Assembly (NCBI GenBank): GCA_016839265.1
Contig: JAEOUO010000003.1
Span: forward strand, 73,493-105,492
DNA: 32,000 nt
Source: Candidatus Odinarchaeota archaeon
Lineage (GTDB): Archaea > Asgardarchaeota > Odinarchaeia > Odinarchaeales > Odinarchaeaceae
Direction of reading: 5' to 3'
In this document: in pieces, positions 17,270 through 26,387 of the stretch
Layout of the letters: each line of letters opens with the position of its first letter
Position numbering within the stretch: position 1 is the stretch's first letter
The notes under the pieces: model-generated
What the model was told of the DNA's origin: nothing
Database searches by the model: none
The model's input: only the letters and a program-made list of their open reading frames with translations
Program-made: the position numbers and the translations under genes

Positions 17270-18079
17270 GTGAATGTTGAAATAAAGCCTGCTCACATGA
17301 TGTTCACAGACGGTTATAAAATAGTGATAACAGGTGAAAACGGTGAAGTTGAAAAACACTATATGAAGTTTGAAGACGGTATAAAAAATGTTTTCAAATG
17401 GAGCGTGCTCTCACCGTTCCTAGCCAGATTAAAAATAATCAGCCAAGACTATCATATAAAAGACCCCCAGTTAAGATGGGAGAACGAGTTTAAAGTCATA
17501 ACATATCTTAGAAGAAAACTATCTGAAGGAAGCTATCCTTTATACATTCCGAAAATAACTACAAACCATGTTAAATCATTAGAAAACCCTCAGCTTCAAA
17601 AATTCCTCCACCAATGGCGTGAATACAGGTATACAATACTAGAATACGTGGAAGGCCCCACACTGAGAGAAATGCTTTCAAAACCTGAAAACTACAAGCT
17701 GGAAGATGAGATAAAACTGTTAGGGGAATGCATAGGAATAATGCACAGTTTCAGCGTATGCCAGTTCGACCGGAGAACAACAAACGATATAAAAATACCA
17801 GGCGGATTCTGCTGCGTAGACTACAGTCTAGCTAAAATATTCCAGAAATGGGATAACGCATATTATAGAGCAGTAGCATTCGACATAGATAATGAAAGAC
17901 TATGGTTGCCCCCTAAACTATTCAAAATATTCCAGGAAGCCCACGACAAGTACTTAACATCAATCAAAAACTTTAACATCGAAAAATATAGAACAGCGCT
18001 AACCCAATTCAAAAGACTATCCCAGTTATCCACCATATTGAAACCGCTACTATTCCAACTGGATGGAGCTCCCTTATAG
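17270..18079 (+). CDS. Atypical protein-kinase-like protein (RIO/Bud32/Kdo-InaA-like fold)
   Basis: YMKF (beta3 Lys), RWENEF (alphaC Glu), IPKI, LEYVEG hinge, MH..QFDRRTTN catalytic loop, VDYSLA in place of DFG. Confidence 0.7.
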   Translation: MNVEIKPAHMMFTDGYKIVITGENGEVEKHYMKFEDGIKNVFKWSVLSPFLARLKIISQDYHIKDPQLRWENEFKVITYLRRKLSEGSYPLYIPKITTNHVKSLENPQLQKFLHQWREYRYTILEYVEGPTLREMLSKPENYKLEDEIKLLGECIGIMHSFSVCQFDRRTTNDIKIPGGFCCVDYSLAKIFQKWDNAYYRAVAFDIDNERLWLPPKLFKIFQEAHDKYLTSIKNFNIEKYRTALTQFKRLSQLSTILKPLLFQLDGAPL

Positions 18080-18089
18080 CTTCAACCAG

Positions 18090-19056
18090 TTAATCTACAA
18101 CTAGTTTATTTAAAAAATCTAAAGCTCGCATTAAAACCTCTAAAGCATATATTGGAATATCGGATCTAACTTTATTAATTTCTTTGACTGTGATATTAAA
18201 TTTCTTTCTTCTTGAATGCGTGAGAATCGCCCTAATATCAGAGAAAGAATATACTTCTTCCCCTCTCTTATCAGAAACATATTCAGTAGGGTTTACAACA
18301 GTTTCTTCACGAATACATTTATAACCAGCCATAAACGCGGCTTCGAAATCACTGTTTATAAACATTTCCACGCCTTCCGAAAAATAATATATTAAAAGAT
18401 CAATATCACTTTCTTTATCAGGAAATTTTTCATCAAGTTTCTTTCTGATAAAATAAATTTTCTCCTCTATTTTATTCTGAATTATGTTTTCACAAAGAAG
18501 CTTATATCTATACGTGAAATTAACAGATAAAAGACTAGTAGCGCAATATACAATAGATAAAAATATGGACACTTGTATCACGGAAGTTTCTGTTAATAGA
18601 GTAGGGTGATTCAATAGTAAAATACATAAAAGAAAAATGCCTGAACTAACACCCAACCCGTATCTTGTTAATAAAGAGAGCGGCCCATATTTTAACGTAA
18701 ATTTCATCCGAGTAAAAAAGTGTAGAAAACTAGTAATGAACGAGGGCACTAATCCAGAGAAGTAGAATACTACTAATATAGGTAAATTAAAAGCTAAGCT
18801 AATAATAAAAAAAGTTAGCCATAAACCAAGGTAGGGAGCAGGCAAAATTATTAAATAAACATTTTTATGTTTAACTGTACTACCTAAAAAAGGGGCGAAC
18901 GCGCAGTAAATTAAAATAAAATTATAAATGTATAGAGAAATAGAATACAGAAAAAACGTTTCAATAGACGTTAGTATATAAAGTAAAATTGTACTAATTA
19001 GAATATACTTTAATATAGTGAAAGATTTTTTTTAAATTATTATCTTCTCCAACCAT
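18090..19056 (-). CDS. Multi-TM protein with C-terminal HEPN-like domain; frameshifted near the 5' end (track ORF 18090..18845 is truncated)
   Basis: GGTGA RBS and ATG 19056; an A8 tract at 19026-19033 carries one extra base; the downstream frame is open 19031 to 18090; RAILTH = R-x4-H at 18233-18216. Confidence 0.65.
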
Positions 19057-19142
19057 GTTGCTTCACCTAAACAAGTTAAAAATGCTATTAACTTCCATTG
19101 TTTTCTATAACGGGGGAGAAGTCTCTTTTAACTCTTTTAATA

Positions 19143-19946
19143 TTAAAGTTCCACATATATATATCCTATTACTATCCCGGAGAATAATCCGGTAAGATGA
19201 CCTACCACGTCGATTATACTACCTTCTACGGTTACTATATTAGCGGGGAAGAAAAAGTAGACTAAAAGATAGTATACTGTAAGAGTTAGTAGGGTAGCTA
19301 AAATAATTAGCTTGGAGTACAGGTCTTTTTTAAATAAGCGGGTTATCGGTTGATGTGTTTTTAATAAAAGTATTATGCTGCAGGCTAAGGTTGTTATGAA
19401 AATTATCATGCATATAACCTCTAAGATCCGTGAAAGAGTTATAACCGAGATAGTTAACAGGATTAAAGAAAGCGCAAAGTAATTAAGCGTGAAATTGTTT
19501 TGAACCGTTTTAGTTAAGAATACTCTCAGAGACGGAATTGTTAAACCGAGTAATCCGGCTACTGCTGTTGAAAGCCCGCAGGAGATAAATGATTCTCTTA
19601 TAATGAAAGTGGTGTAAAAGTTGAAGGAGATATTATATGTGAAGGGGATTAGGAAAATAGTTAATAACATTAAAGTTAAAAGCATATGAGTTGAACCCGC
19701 CTTCCAGTTTACCAAGTATAATAGTATAGATATTATGAGAAAAGAAGCTATATTACCTGATAAGTGATCTTGATTTATATGAATGAATATTGATGTGAAA
19801 AATGTTAAAGGATTCCATTCCCCGGTTTGAAGCATAAGAGACCGCTGAACTTCAACTGGTAGAAGAGATAAAAGAACACAGGCTAAAGGTATTATAATAA
19901 TAAGTGTTATGATAAGGTAATTAGTAATATGGCTTTTACCTTTCAT
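19143..19946 (-). CDS. Rhomboid family intramembrane serine protease
   Basis: TSIFIH..DHLSGN, CGLST (GxS nucleophile), GHLTGLFSG (catalytic His), 7-8 TMs. Confidence 0.8.
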   Translation of the reverse strand: MKGKSHITNYLIITLIIIIPLACVLLSLLPVEVQRSLMLQTGEWNPLTFFTSIFIHINQDHLSGNIASFLIISILLYLVNWKAGSTHMLLTLMLLTIFLIPFTYNISFNFYTTFIIRESFISCGLSTAVAGLLGLTIPSLRVFLTKTVQNNFTLNYFALSLILLTISVITLSRILEVICMIIFITTLACSIILLLKTHQPITRLFKKDLYSKLIILATLLTLTVYYLLVYFFFPANIVTVEGSIIDVVGHLTGLFSGIVIGYIYVEL

Positions 19947-20037
19947 AGTAAAATATACTGAAACAACTTATATATAATATTCGAACTCTTTTAATTAAAG
20001 AGTTTATAAATAATTAAATCTATAATAGGGGATTATT

Positions 20038-20526
20038 TTGGAGCTGTATCATAATAGGAGACCTGAGAGGGCGTTAACGGATTTTAGAGAGATTTTACAG
20101 ATTATAGATCGCGGGAGGTATATGACGCTGGCGCTTTGCAAGGATAATAAGCCTTATCTGGTTACTGTCAGCTATGTTTTCGATTCTGAAAATTATTGTT
20201 TTTATTTTCACTGCGCTAATCAAGGTAGAAAAATAGATTATATTAAGGCGAACCCTGTGGTTTACGGTCAGATTCTAGAGGATGATGAATATATAGACGG
20301 GAAGTGTCTTCACGCTTTTAAAACTGTTCAATTCACAGGGAGAGCGGAGATAATAACAGACGAAGAGTGTAAAAGGAAAGCGTTGAATATGTTAATAGAG
20401 AAACATGAAAGAGATGTTGAGAGGAGTAAAATTAGATTTATGAAGCAGGGGAAAATTGAGAAAACCATTGTTATAAAAATCTTGGTCTATGATTTTTCAG
20501 GTAAAAGTGTTAAACGCGATAAATAG
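20038..20526 (+). CDS. Pyridoxamine 5'-phosphate oxidase-like flavin-binding protein (NimA/NimC-like)
   Basis: LALCKDNKPYLVTVSY, YFHCANQGRKIDYIKANP.V. Confidence 0.85.
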   Translation: MELYHNRRPERALTDFREILQIIDRGRYMTLALCKDNKPYLVTVSYVFDSENYCFYFHCANQGRKIDYIKANPVVYGQILEDDEYIDGKCLHAFKTVQFTGRAEIITDEECKRKALNMLIEKHERDVERSKIRFMKQGKIEKTIVIKILVYDFSGKSVKRDK

Positions 20527-20643
20527 GATGAGTAAAAATAGTTTTTTAAATTGCAGTGTACTTGCTAATATTTGGGGTTTTGCCTGAAATTTATGACTTA
20601 ATTTTTAAACTAGAATAACTAATAATTTACTAAAATATTTCAG

Positions 20644-21123
20644 GTGGATGTTTTGAAAATTAGAGCTGTTTTAGCGTTTATAATCAGTTTAATATTTTCA
20701 TGGCTTTTAATTTATTTTCTTGTTTTAGGCGCTTCATTCTCTGATCTTGTGAACGGTTTAAGCGGGGGATTGGATGGTTTTAAAGTAATTTTACTAAATG
20801 TATGTGTTATCCAGTTTTCAGCTGTTCCATTGCTTCTTGTAGGCGATTATATTTTAATGGTTGTGCTTTTTTTCACAGGTCTTCTCATAGGGGTTGTATG
20901 CAGCGGTTTTAAGTGTAGTTTAATTGTCGTGTTTTTCTACTCTCTTATAGTTTTCATAACACCTTTTATGGTGCTTTTGTCGAATAATTATCCGCCTGAG
21001 TTAGCGTTAACTCAGATTCTCTTCCTATTTATAGGCCATTCTGTAATTTATATAGTATTAAATTTTATAGTGTATGAGGCGATATTAATTCTACCCGCGC
21101 TTTTAGGAGCAGCATTAATATAA
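20644..21123 (+). CDS. Hypothetical membrane protein
   Basis: GTG start; 4-5 hydrophobic segments. Confidence 0.65.
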   Translation: MDVLKIRAVLAFIISLIFSWLLIYFLVLGASFSDLVNGLSGGLDGFKVILLNVCVIQFSAVPLLLVGDYILMVVLFFTGLLIGVVCSGFKCSLIVVFFYSLIVFITPFMVLLSNNYPPELALTQILFLFIGHSVIYIVLNFIVYEAILILPALLGAALI

Positions 21124-21170
21124 ATTTATTATATAATTTCAAGTTAAATCATGTTATAGAAGGTGAGCGG

Positions 21171-22118
21171 ATGAACTATCATGATATTAGAATAATATCT
21201 ACAAGTGAAAGAGATGCTTGGTTTGATAAATATAAGGATCAGATTTTATACGAGAAGAAAGCGGATATATACGGTGTTTGCGTGAAGCTTATCACCGACA
21301 CAGAGTGGATTAAAGATGCTTGGGAGGAGAATTTTTATTCAATGTCTGAGAATATTCGCTCACACGGCCGATTGCTAGTATTATTCGATCCCGATGTTGA
21401 ATCTCAAATAATGTATGATCCGATTTCTAAAACAGTCATAATGTTTAACATAGATTATTACGGTAAAATTAAGTCGATAGCTTTATCGAACGCTGGGGAT
21501 ATTCTAGAAGATAATCACGGGATTTACTCTGTTCACGGAGCTTGCATAGATTATAATGGGAAAGGCGTGTGTTTAATAGCGCCTTCAGGAACAGGAAAAA
21601 CCACGCACACCTACGGATTACTTAGATATAGTGATGTTCGTGTTGTCAGTGACGACTGGTTTTACGCTCGAGTATACGGGGAGCATGATGTTTTAGCATT
21701 CAGCTCTGAGAAAAACTTCTATATTAGAGCGGATATAATTGACATCTGGCCTGAATACAAGAATATTTATCATAGAATTAAATTCGATAATAAAGGCAGA
21801 TCTATAATTCATATAAACTGGGTTGTAGGTAAAGAACGTTTAAGAACTATGGCCACGTTGAAAACAACTATATTATTGAAAAGAGATTACAATGATTCAA
21901 GGAAAGTTATAGAGGTTGAAGCTGAAGAGGCTTTAAACTACTTGAAGGAGAATGATTACTATAATCCGCATACACTTGTATTAAACGAGTATAAGGAAAA
22001 GATAAGAAGAAAATTTTTCAAAACACTTCTCAACTCTACTAGAATATTTATGGTTAACACTACAAGCCCGCCTGAAGAGACAAACCGCATATTATATGAA
22101 ACGTTAAAGTCTAGTTAA
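21171..22118 (+). CDS. HPr-kinase/PEPCK-like P-loop protein of unknown function
   Basis: VHGACI, APSGTGKTT (Walker A), VVSDDW. Confidence 0.75.
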   Translation: MNYHDIRIISTSERDAWFDKYKDQILYEKKADIYGVCVKLITDTEWIKDAWEENFYSMSENIRSHGRLLVLFDPDVESQIMYDPISKTVIMFNIDYYGKIKSIALSNAGDILEDNHGIYSVHGACIDYNGKGVCLIAPSGTGKTTHTYGLLRYSDVRVVSDDWFYARVYGEHDVLAFSSEKNFYIRADIIDIWPEYKNIYHRIKFDNKGRSIIHINWVVGKERLRTMATLKTTILLKRDYNDSRKVIEVEAEEALNYLKENDYYNPHTLVLNEYKEKIRRKFFKTLLNSTRIFMVNTTSPPEETNRILYETLKSS

Positions 22119-22284
22119 AATGAAATCAAATTGTAATAACGAATATAAGGATTATATGAAGCAGATACCCTTATATTTCACTGATTATATTTTTTATTAA
22201 ATACCATTAAGTTAAATATTAAAAGACAAGTTTACAGTCAGCTGAATTCTAAAGTATTTTTCAATAAAGGTAAGGTGAGTTTAA

Positions 22285-22815
22285 ATGTGTTTAAGAAATG
22301 ATTCTCATATTACTGACAGTAAAGTTTCAGTTACCGCTGTTACATCAGAGGATAAAACAGTTCAAGGGGAGAGATGGTCACTAGCTAAGAGGATTCTACC
22401 CTTCTTTAAAAAGAAAATAGCGGTTTTAGTTGACGGCCCGAATATTTTAAGAAAAGAGTTTAATATTAAGCTTGAAGAGGTTTTAGAAGCTGTTAGCAGT
22501 CTTGGAAAAATTCAGGTTGCTAGAGTTTACTTAAACCAGCATGCATCAGAGAAGCTTATTGAAGCGATATCTAATAGTGGTTTTGAACCGATTATTTCAA
22601 CTATAGATGTTCACTTAAAAATAGCGATGGATGTTATGGAACTTATTAACAAGATAGAGCTCGATTACATCGCTCTCGCAAGCAGACATGCTAGGTGTGT
22701 ACCGATTCTTCATAAATTAAAGGAGAAGAATCTCGGAACTGTTGTTATAGGTTTCGAACCCGGGTTCAGTGTAGCTTTACAGAATACCGCGGACTATGTT
22801 TTCAAGTTAACTTAA
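22285..22815 (+). CDS. NYN domain protein (TIGR00288/DUF88 family)
   Basis: VLVDGPNILRKEF, LNQHASEKLIEAI, FSVALQNTADY. Confidence 0.85.
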   Translation: MCLRNDSHITDSKVSVTAVTSEDKTVQGERWSLAKRILPFFKKKIAVLVDGPNILRKEFNIKLEEVLEAVSSLGKIQVARVYLNQHASEKLIEAISNSGFEPIISTIDVHLKIAMDVMELINKIELDYIALASRHARCVPILHKLKEKNLGTVVIGFEPGFSVALQNTADYVFKLT

Positions 22816-22868
22816 ATACTTTAATAAAATAAAAAATATATCTTTATCAGAGTGTCACATTAATAAGC

Positions 22869-23564
22869 TTAAAGTTTACTTATATAATTCTTGTTTTCCT
22901 CCTCTGATAGAACCTTAAAGGTTTTAGTCTCCGTTGTGATAACTCCGATTTCAACAGTCTCTGGGAGTATCTGCTCTCCCTCCCCGGCTTTTAAAGCTTT
23001 AAGTCCTAAGATAATAGCTTCATCTAAGTTTAATTTCTTAGAGTAGTGTTTTTCAAGATACTCTTTTATCTTAGAGTCTTTCCCTATTACAGTAGCATCC
23101 CACCCGTAATAAGTTCCGCTTGGATCTGTTGAGTAAAGCTCAGGGCCTTTAGAGTCAACACCGCCTATAAGTAAAGCTATACCAAATGGGCGGACACCGG
23201 CTTGTTGAGTGTATTGCTGTTTAAGATCACTTATTTTTTTCACAAGGGTTTCAATCATTATCGGCTCGTCATATGTTAAACGCTCTATTTGAGCTTGAAC
23301 TCGAGCATAATCGATTACAACACGCGCATCAGCGTGTAACCCGGATATGGAAGCGCCGATATGAGAGTCTATTAAAAAAATTTTCTGAACACTTTTAGAC
23401 TCCATTAAAGGTGGGATATCCTTTTTTCTAGCGATTAAAACAACAGCGTCTTTAAGTTTTAAACCTACTGTAGGACTCCCCTGTCGGACAGCTTCTATAG
23501 CGTATTCAACTTGAAATAATCTACCGTCAGGGCTGAAAACAGTTATCGCACTGTCATAACCCAT
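22869..23564 (-). CDS. psmA: Proteasome alpha subunit (N-terminus may extend to ACG at 23585)
   Basis: GYDSAITVFSPDGRLFQVEYA, SGLHADAR, RPFGIALL, TDPSG. Confidence 0.96.
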   Translation of the reverse strand: MGYDSAITVFSPDGRLFQVEYAIEAVRQGSPTVGLKLKDAVVLIARKKDIPPLMESKSVQKIFLIDSHIGASISGLHADARVVIDYARVQAQIERLTYDEPIMIETLVKKISDLKQQYTQQAGVRPFGIALLIGGVDSKGPELYSTDPSGTYYGWDATVIGKDSKIKEYLEKHYSKKLNLDEAIILGLKALKAGEGEQILPETVEIGVITTETKTFKVLSEEENKNYISKL

Positions 23565-23613
23565 TTCATCTCGTCTCTCAAACGTTTAAACCACCAACCT
23601 TTAATTAAACAAT

Positions 23614-25086
23614 TTAGTATTGTTTCGAAACTCTTATAATTTTTACTGCTTTACGACCGCAAATACATTTTCCTTTAATATTTCTATGTTCAAGCGGCTC
23701 GCCTAAAACAGTCAGATAATTAGATATTTGCAGTTCGCATTTAACGTTATCGCAGACAGGGACCTCCACTATCCCACCTTTAAATTCACCGGTCTCCTCA
23801 TCTATGAGAATAGATACTGCATCTTGTTCTGTGAATGAGAAGAACACTTCACTCTGATATATTTTCGATTTAAAATTTTTATCAGCATCTGATTTCATAT
23901 TCTCTATGATTTCATTCATAAGCTTCTGAACTTCTTCAAGTAAATTATCTGTTTTCACATTAATCTTATTGAAGTTATCTCTTCTGAAAACTGTAACCGT
24001 ATTTGATTCAACCTCTTTTAAACCTATTTCAATCCTCACAGGGACTCCTTTAAGCTCCCATTCATAGTATTTTTTACCTGGCCTTAGATCACGGTTATCT
24101 ACTTTAACAGTGAATTCACCGGATAGTTTCTCAGCTATTTTATTAGAGTATTCTAATATTAGATTATCCGATTCTTTACCAGAGGTTATAGGGATTATAA
24201 TAACTTGTAAAGGCGCAATGTCAGGGGGTAGTTTAAGACCGTGATCGTCTCCGTGAACAGCGATTAAACTAGCTATAACCCTCTCAGATAACCCGTAGCA
24301 TGTTGTATACGCGTAGTTAGTCTCCCCATTACTATCTAAGAATTTAATGTCAAAAGATTTAGCGAATCTCTGACCGTGGTAGTGTACTGTTCCTATTTGA
24401 AGCGTCCGCCCGTCCGGGAATACAGTGTCAAAAGCGATAGAGTATTCAGCTCCAGGGAATTTATCGTAATCCGGTCTCCTACTTATTATATATGGGATGC
24501 CGAGTGTTTCAAATAGTTTTTTATATATGTTAACAGCTTCATCAACCTGTTTTAAAGCGTCTTCTTTAGAAGCGTGAGCGGTGTGAGCTTCTTTGAAGCT
24601 TGTAATCTCTCTTACTCTGATTAAAGGTTTAGTAGCTTTAGTCTCATATCTGACTGTGTTAACAAGCTGCCAGACTTTAAGCGGTAGATTCGCATAGCTT
24701 CTAATCCATTTCGAAAACATAAGATATATAGGGATTTCACTAGTAGGTCTGATCGCGAGTTTAACAGCTAAAGGGTTAATTCCGCCTTTAGTCACCCAGT
24801 AGACTTCTCCCTCAAACCCTTTAGCGGTCTCTTTTTCTAAGCTGAAAAGGTTATCCGGAATAAGTAAAGGAAAATAATATTCTTCGTGACCTGTATCTTT
24901 TAAAAACTTTCTTAAAATATTGAAGACTTTATTTCTAATCATCCAACCGTATGAAAGCCATGTTTGAAATCCTTTAACAGGGTAAGTGGTGTCAACTATC
25001 TCCGCCATACGGATAACTTCATTATACCATTCCCCAAAATCGTTTTTAGGAGGAAGCATCTTCGGTTTTTCAATTTTAACAGTCAT
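23614..25086 (-). CDS. proS: Prolyl-tRNA synthetase, archaeal/eukaryotic type
   Basis: FGEWYNEV, IRPTSEIPIY, RYETKATKPLIRVRE, LQIGTVH, YGLSER; no bacterial INS editing insertion. Confidence 0.95.
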   Translation of the reverse strand: MTVKIEKPKMLPPKNDFGEWYNEVIRMAEIVDTTYPVKGFQTWLSYGWMIRNKVFNILRKFLKDTGHEEYYFPLLIPDNLFSLEKETAKGFEGEVYWVTKGGINPLAVKLAIRPTSEIPIYLMFSKWIRSYANLPLKVWQLVNTVRYETKATKPLIRVREITSFKEAHTAHASKEDALKQVDEAVNIYKKLFETLGIPYIISRRPDYDKFPGAEYSIAFDTVFPDGRTLQIGTVHYHGQRFAKSFDIKFLDSNGETNYAYTTCYGLSERVIASLIAVHGDDHGLKLPPDIAPLQVIIIPITSGKESDNLILEYSNKIAEKLSGEFTVKVDNRDLRPGKKYYEWELKGVPVRIEIGLKEVESNTVTVFRRDNFNKINVKTDNLLEEVQKLMNEIIENMKSDADKNFKSKIYQSEVFFSFTEQDAVSILIDEETGEFKGGIVEVPVCDNVKCELQISNYLTVLGEPLEHRNIKGKCICGRKAVKIIRVSKQY

Positions 25087-25087
25087 A

Positions 25088-25771
25088 TTAACCGTTCTCC
25101 TGGAATAACGGGTTAGCTTTACCTTTAAAGAGTTTATTTAATAATTTCACTGTTAGTTTAAGAGCCCAAAGCAGATCAATACCGGATACACCTGGAACAC
25201 CGCAAACTGAAACTAAAATATTTTTAGTATTCAAATCTACTTGAACAGTTTTAGACACAGCGTAAGGATATAGAAAGAAAGGCTTAATACTATCGTAGAA
25301 AACTATATCCTTCTCCTCTAAGCTTTTATCACCTATATCCGCGGGGAAAAACTCTCCGCCGTTAGCGTATTTTAAAATAATATCCCCGTCTATTTTATCT
25401 TTATCAAATATGAATACAGGTAAACCAACCGCTCCAGTTATATAATTAACTAGACTAGACGGCAGTTTATCCCCTTCTATTTTAAGACCTGTGAACAGTG
25501 AACTGCCGTAAACCTCGTTTCCCGGTTTAACATCTATAAGGTTAAGTTTTAAAATATCTCTAAAAAACGTCTGGTATCTGATAATATCCTCGGATCTGAT
25601 TAAAGTATCAGGATCCTTAAATTTTATTGAAGCAATGTTTTTCAGTTTCAACTCAATATTCTGCAGGATTTTTTCATCAACAGGTTTAATATTAACATCT
25701 TCTATTATAGCTGAAGCTACAGTTAACCCCTTCACTCGTTCATTTAAAACTGGATCTATAATTAAACGCAT
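25088..25771 (-). CDS. Free-standing B3/B4 (PheRS-beta editing-like) domain protein, diverged
   Basis: FDKDKIDGDIILKYANGGEFF, DIVFYD, VDLNTKNILVSVCGVPG match B3/4 segments. Confidence 0.65.
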   Translation of the reverse strand: MRLIIDPVLNERVKGLTVASAIIEDVNIKPVDEKILQNIELKLKNIASIKFKDPDTLIRSEDIIRYQTFFRDILKLNLIDVKPGNEVYGSSLFTGLKIEGDKLPSSLVNYITGAVGLPVFIFDKDKIDGDIILKYANGGEFFPADIGDKSLEEKDIVFYDSIKPFFLYPYAVSKTVQVDLNTKNILVSVCGVPGVSGIDLLWALKLTVKLLNKLFKGKANPLFQENG

Positions 25772-25932
25772 GACGATATCACCGTGAAACGTCTTCAGAA
25801 TCGTGTAGTTAAAGCTATATAAAAATTTTATTTAGCGATTTTAAATTATACTTCAAGTTAAGAAGAGAAGATGTTATAAATTTAAACTCTATTTATAGAT
25901 AAGAAGCGATATATTTTCAAGAAGGGGGTTAA

Positions 25933-26340
25933 ATGGCGAATAGATTTGTAAGAGTGAGTATGACTTTACCTCAAGAGTTGTTAGATGAGTTCGATGACTT
26001 TGTTAAAAATAGGAAATATTTTAAAAGATCTGAGGCGATAAGAGATGCTCTGAGATTTTTTATAACAGAGAATAGATGGCGATATGAAGATGATAGCAGA
26101 TTTATAGGAGCGCTCCTGTTAATGTATGATCATGACGTGCCAGGTATCTCCGATTATCTTACTCATATTCAACACGTATACCATGAGAATATTAAAACCG
26201 CTGTTCACATCCATTTAGACGAGCATAAATGTTTAGAAATACTGGCTGTGGAGGGTAAAGGTTGCAGACTCAGAGATTTAGCAGACGAAATAGGCCACCG
26301 GAAAGGTGTTGAAATGAGTAAACTCGTATTAGTGAAATAA
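25933..26340 (+). CDS. nikR: Nickel-responsive regulator NikR
   Basis: RHH domain (RVSMTLP...RSEAIRDA); Ni site HIQH..H..VHIHLDEHKCLE. Confidence 0.9.
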   Translation: MANRFVRVSMTLPQELLDEFDDFVKNRKYFKRSEAIRDALRFFITENRWRYEDDSRFIGALLLMYDHDVPGISDYLTHIQHVYHENIKTAVHIHLDEHKCLEILAVEGKGCRLRDLADEIGHRKGVEMSKLVLVK

Positions 26341-26387
26341 ACTATTTTTGTAATATTAATGTTATAAAAGATTTATTAGGTGGATTT

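Noticed and set aside
19026-19035. T-TTA-AAA as a programmed -1 frameshift site
   Set aside because: The downstream ORF needs +1 (or -2), not -1
20524-20586. Possible C/D box sRNA (AGGATGA...CTGA)
   Set aside because: Box C mismatched and no recognisable D'/C' boxes
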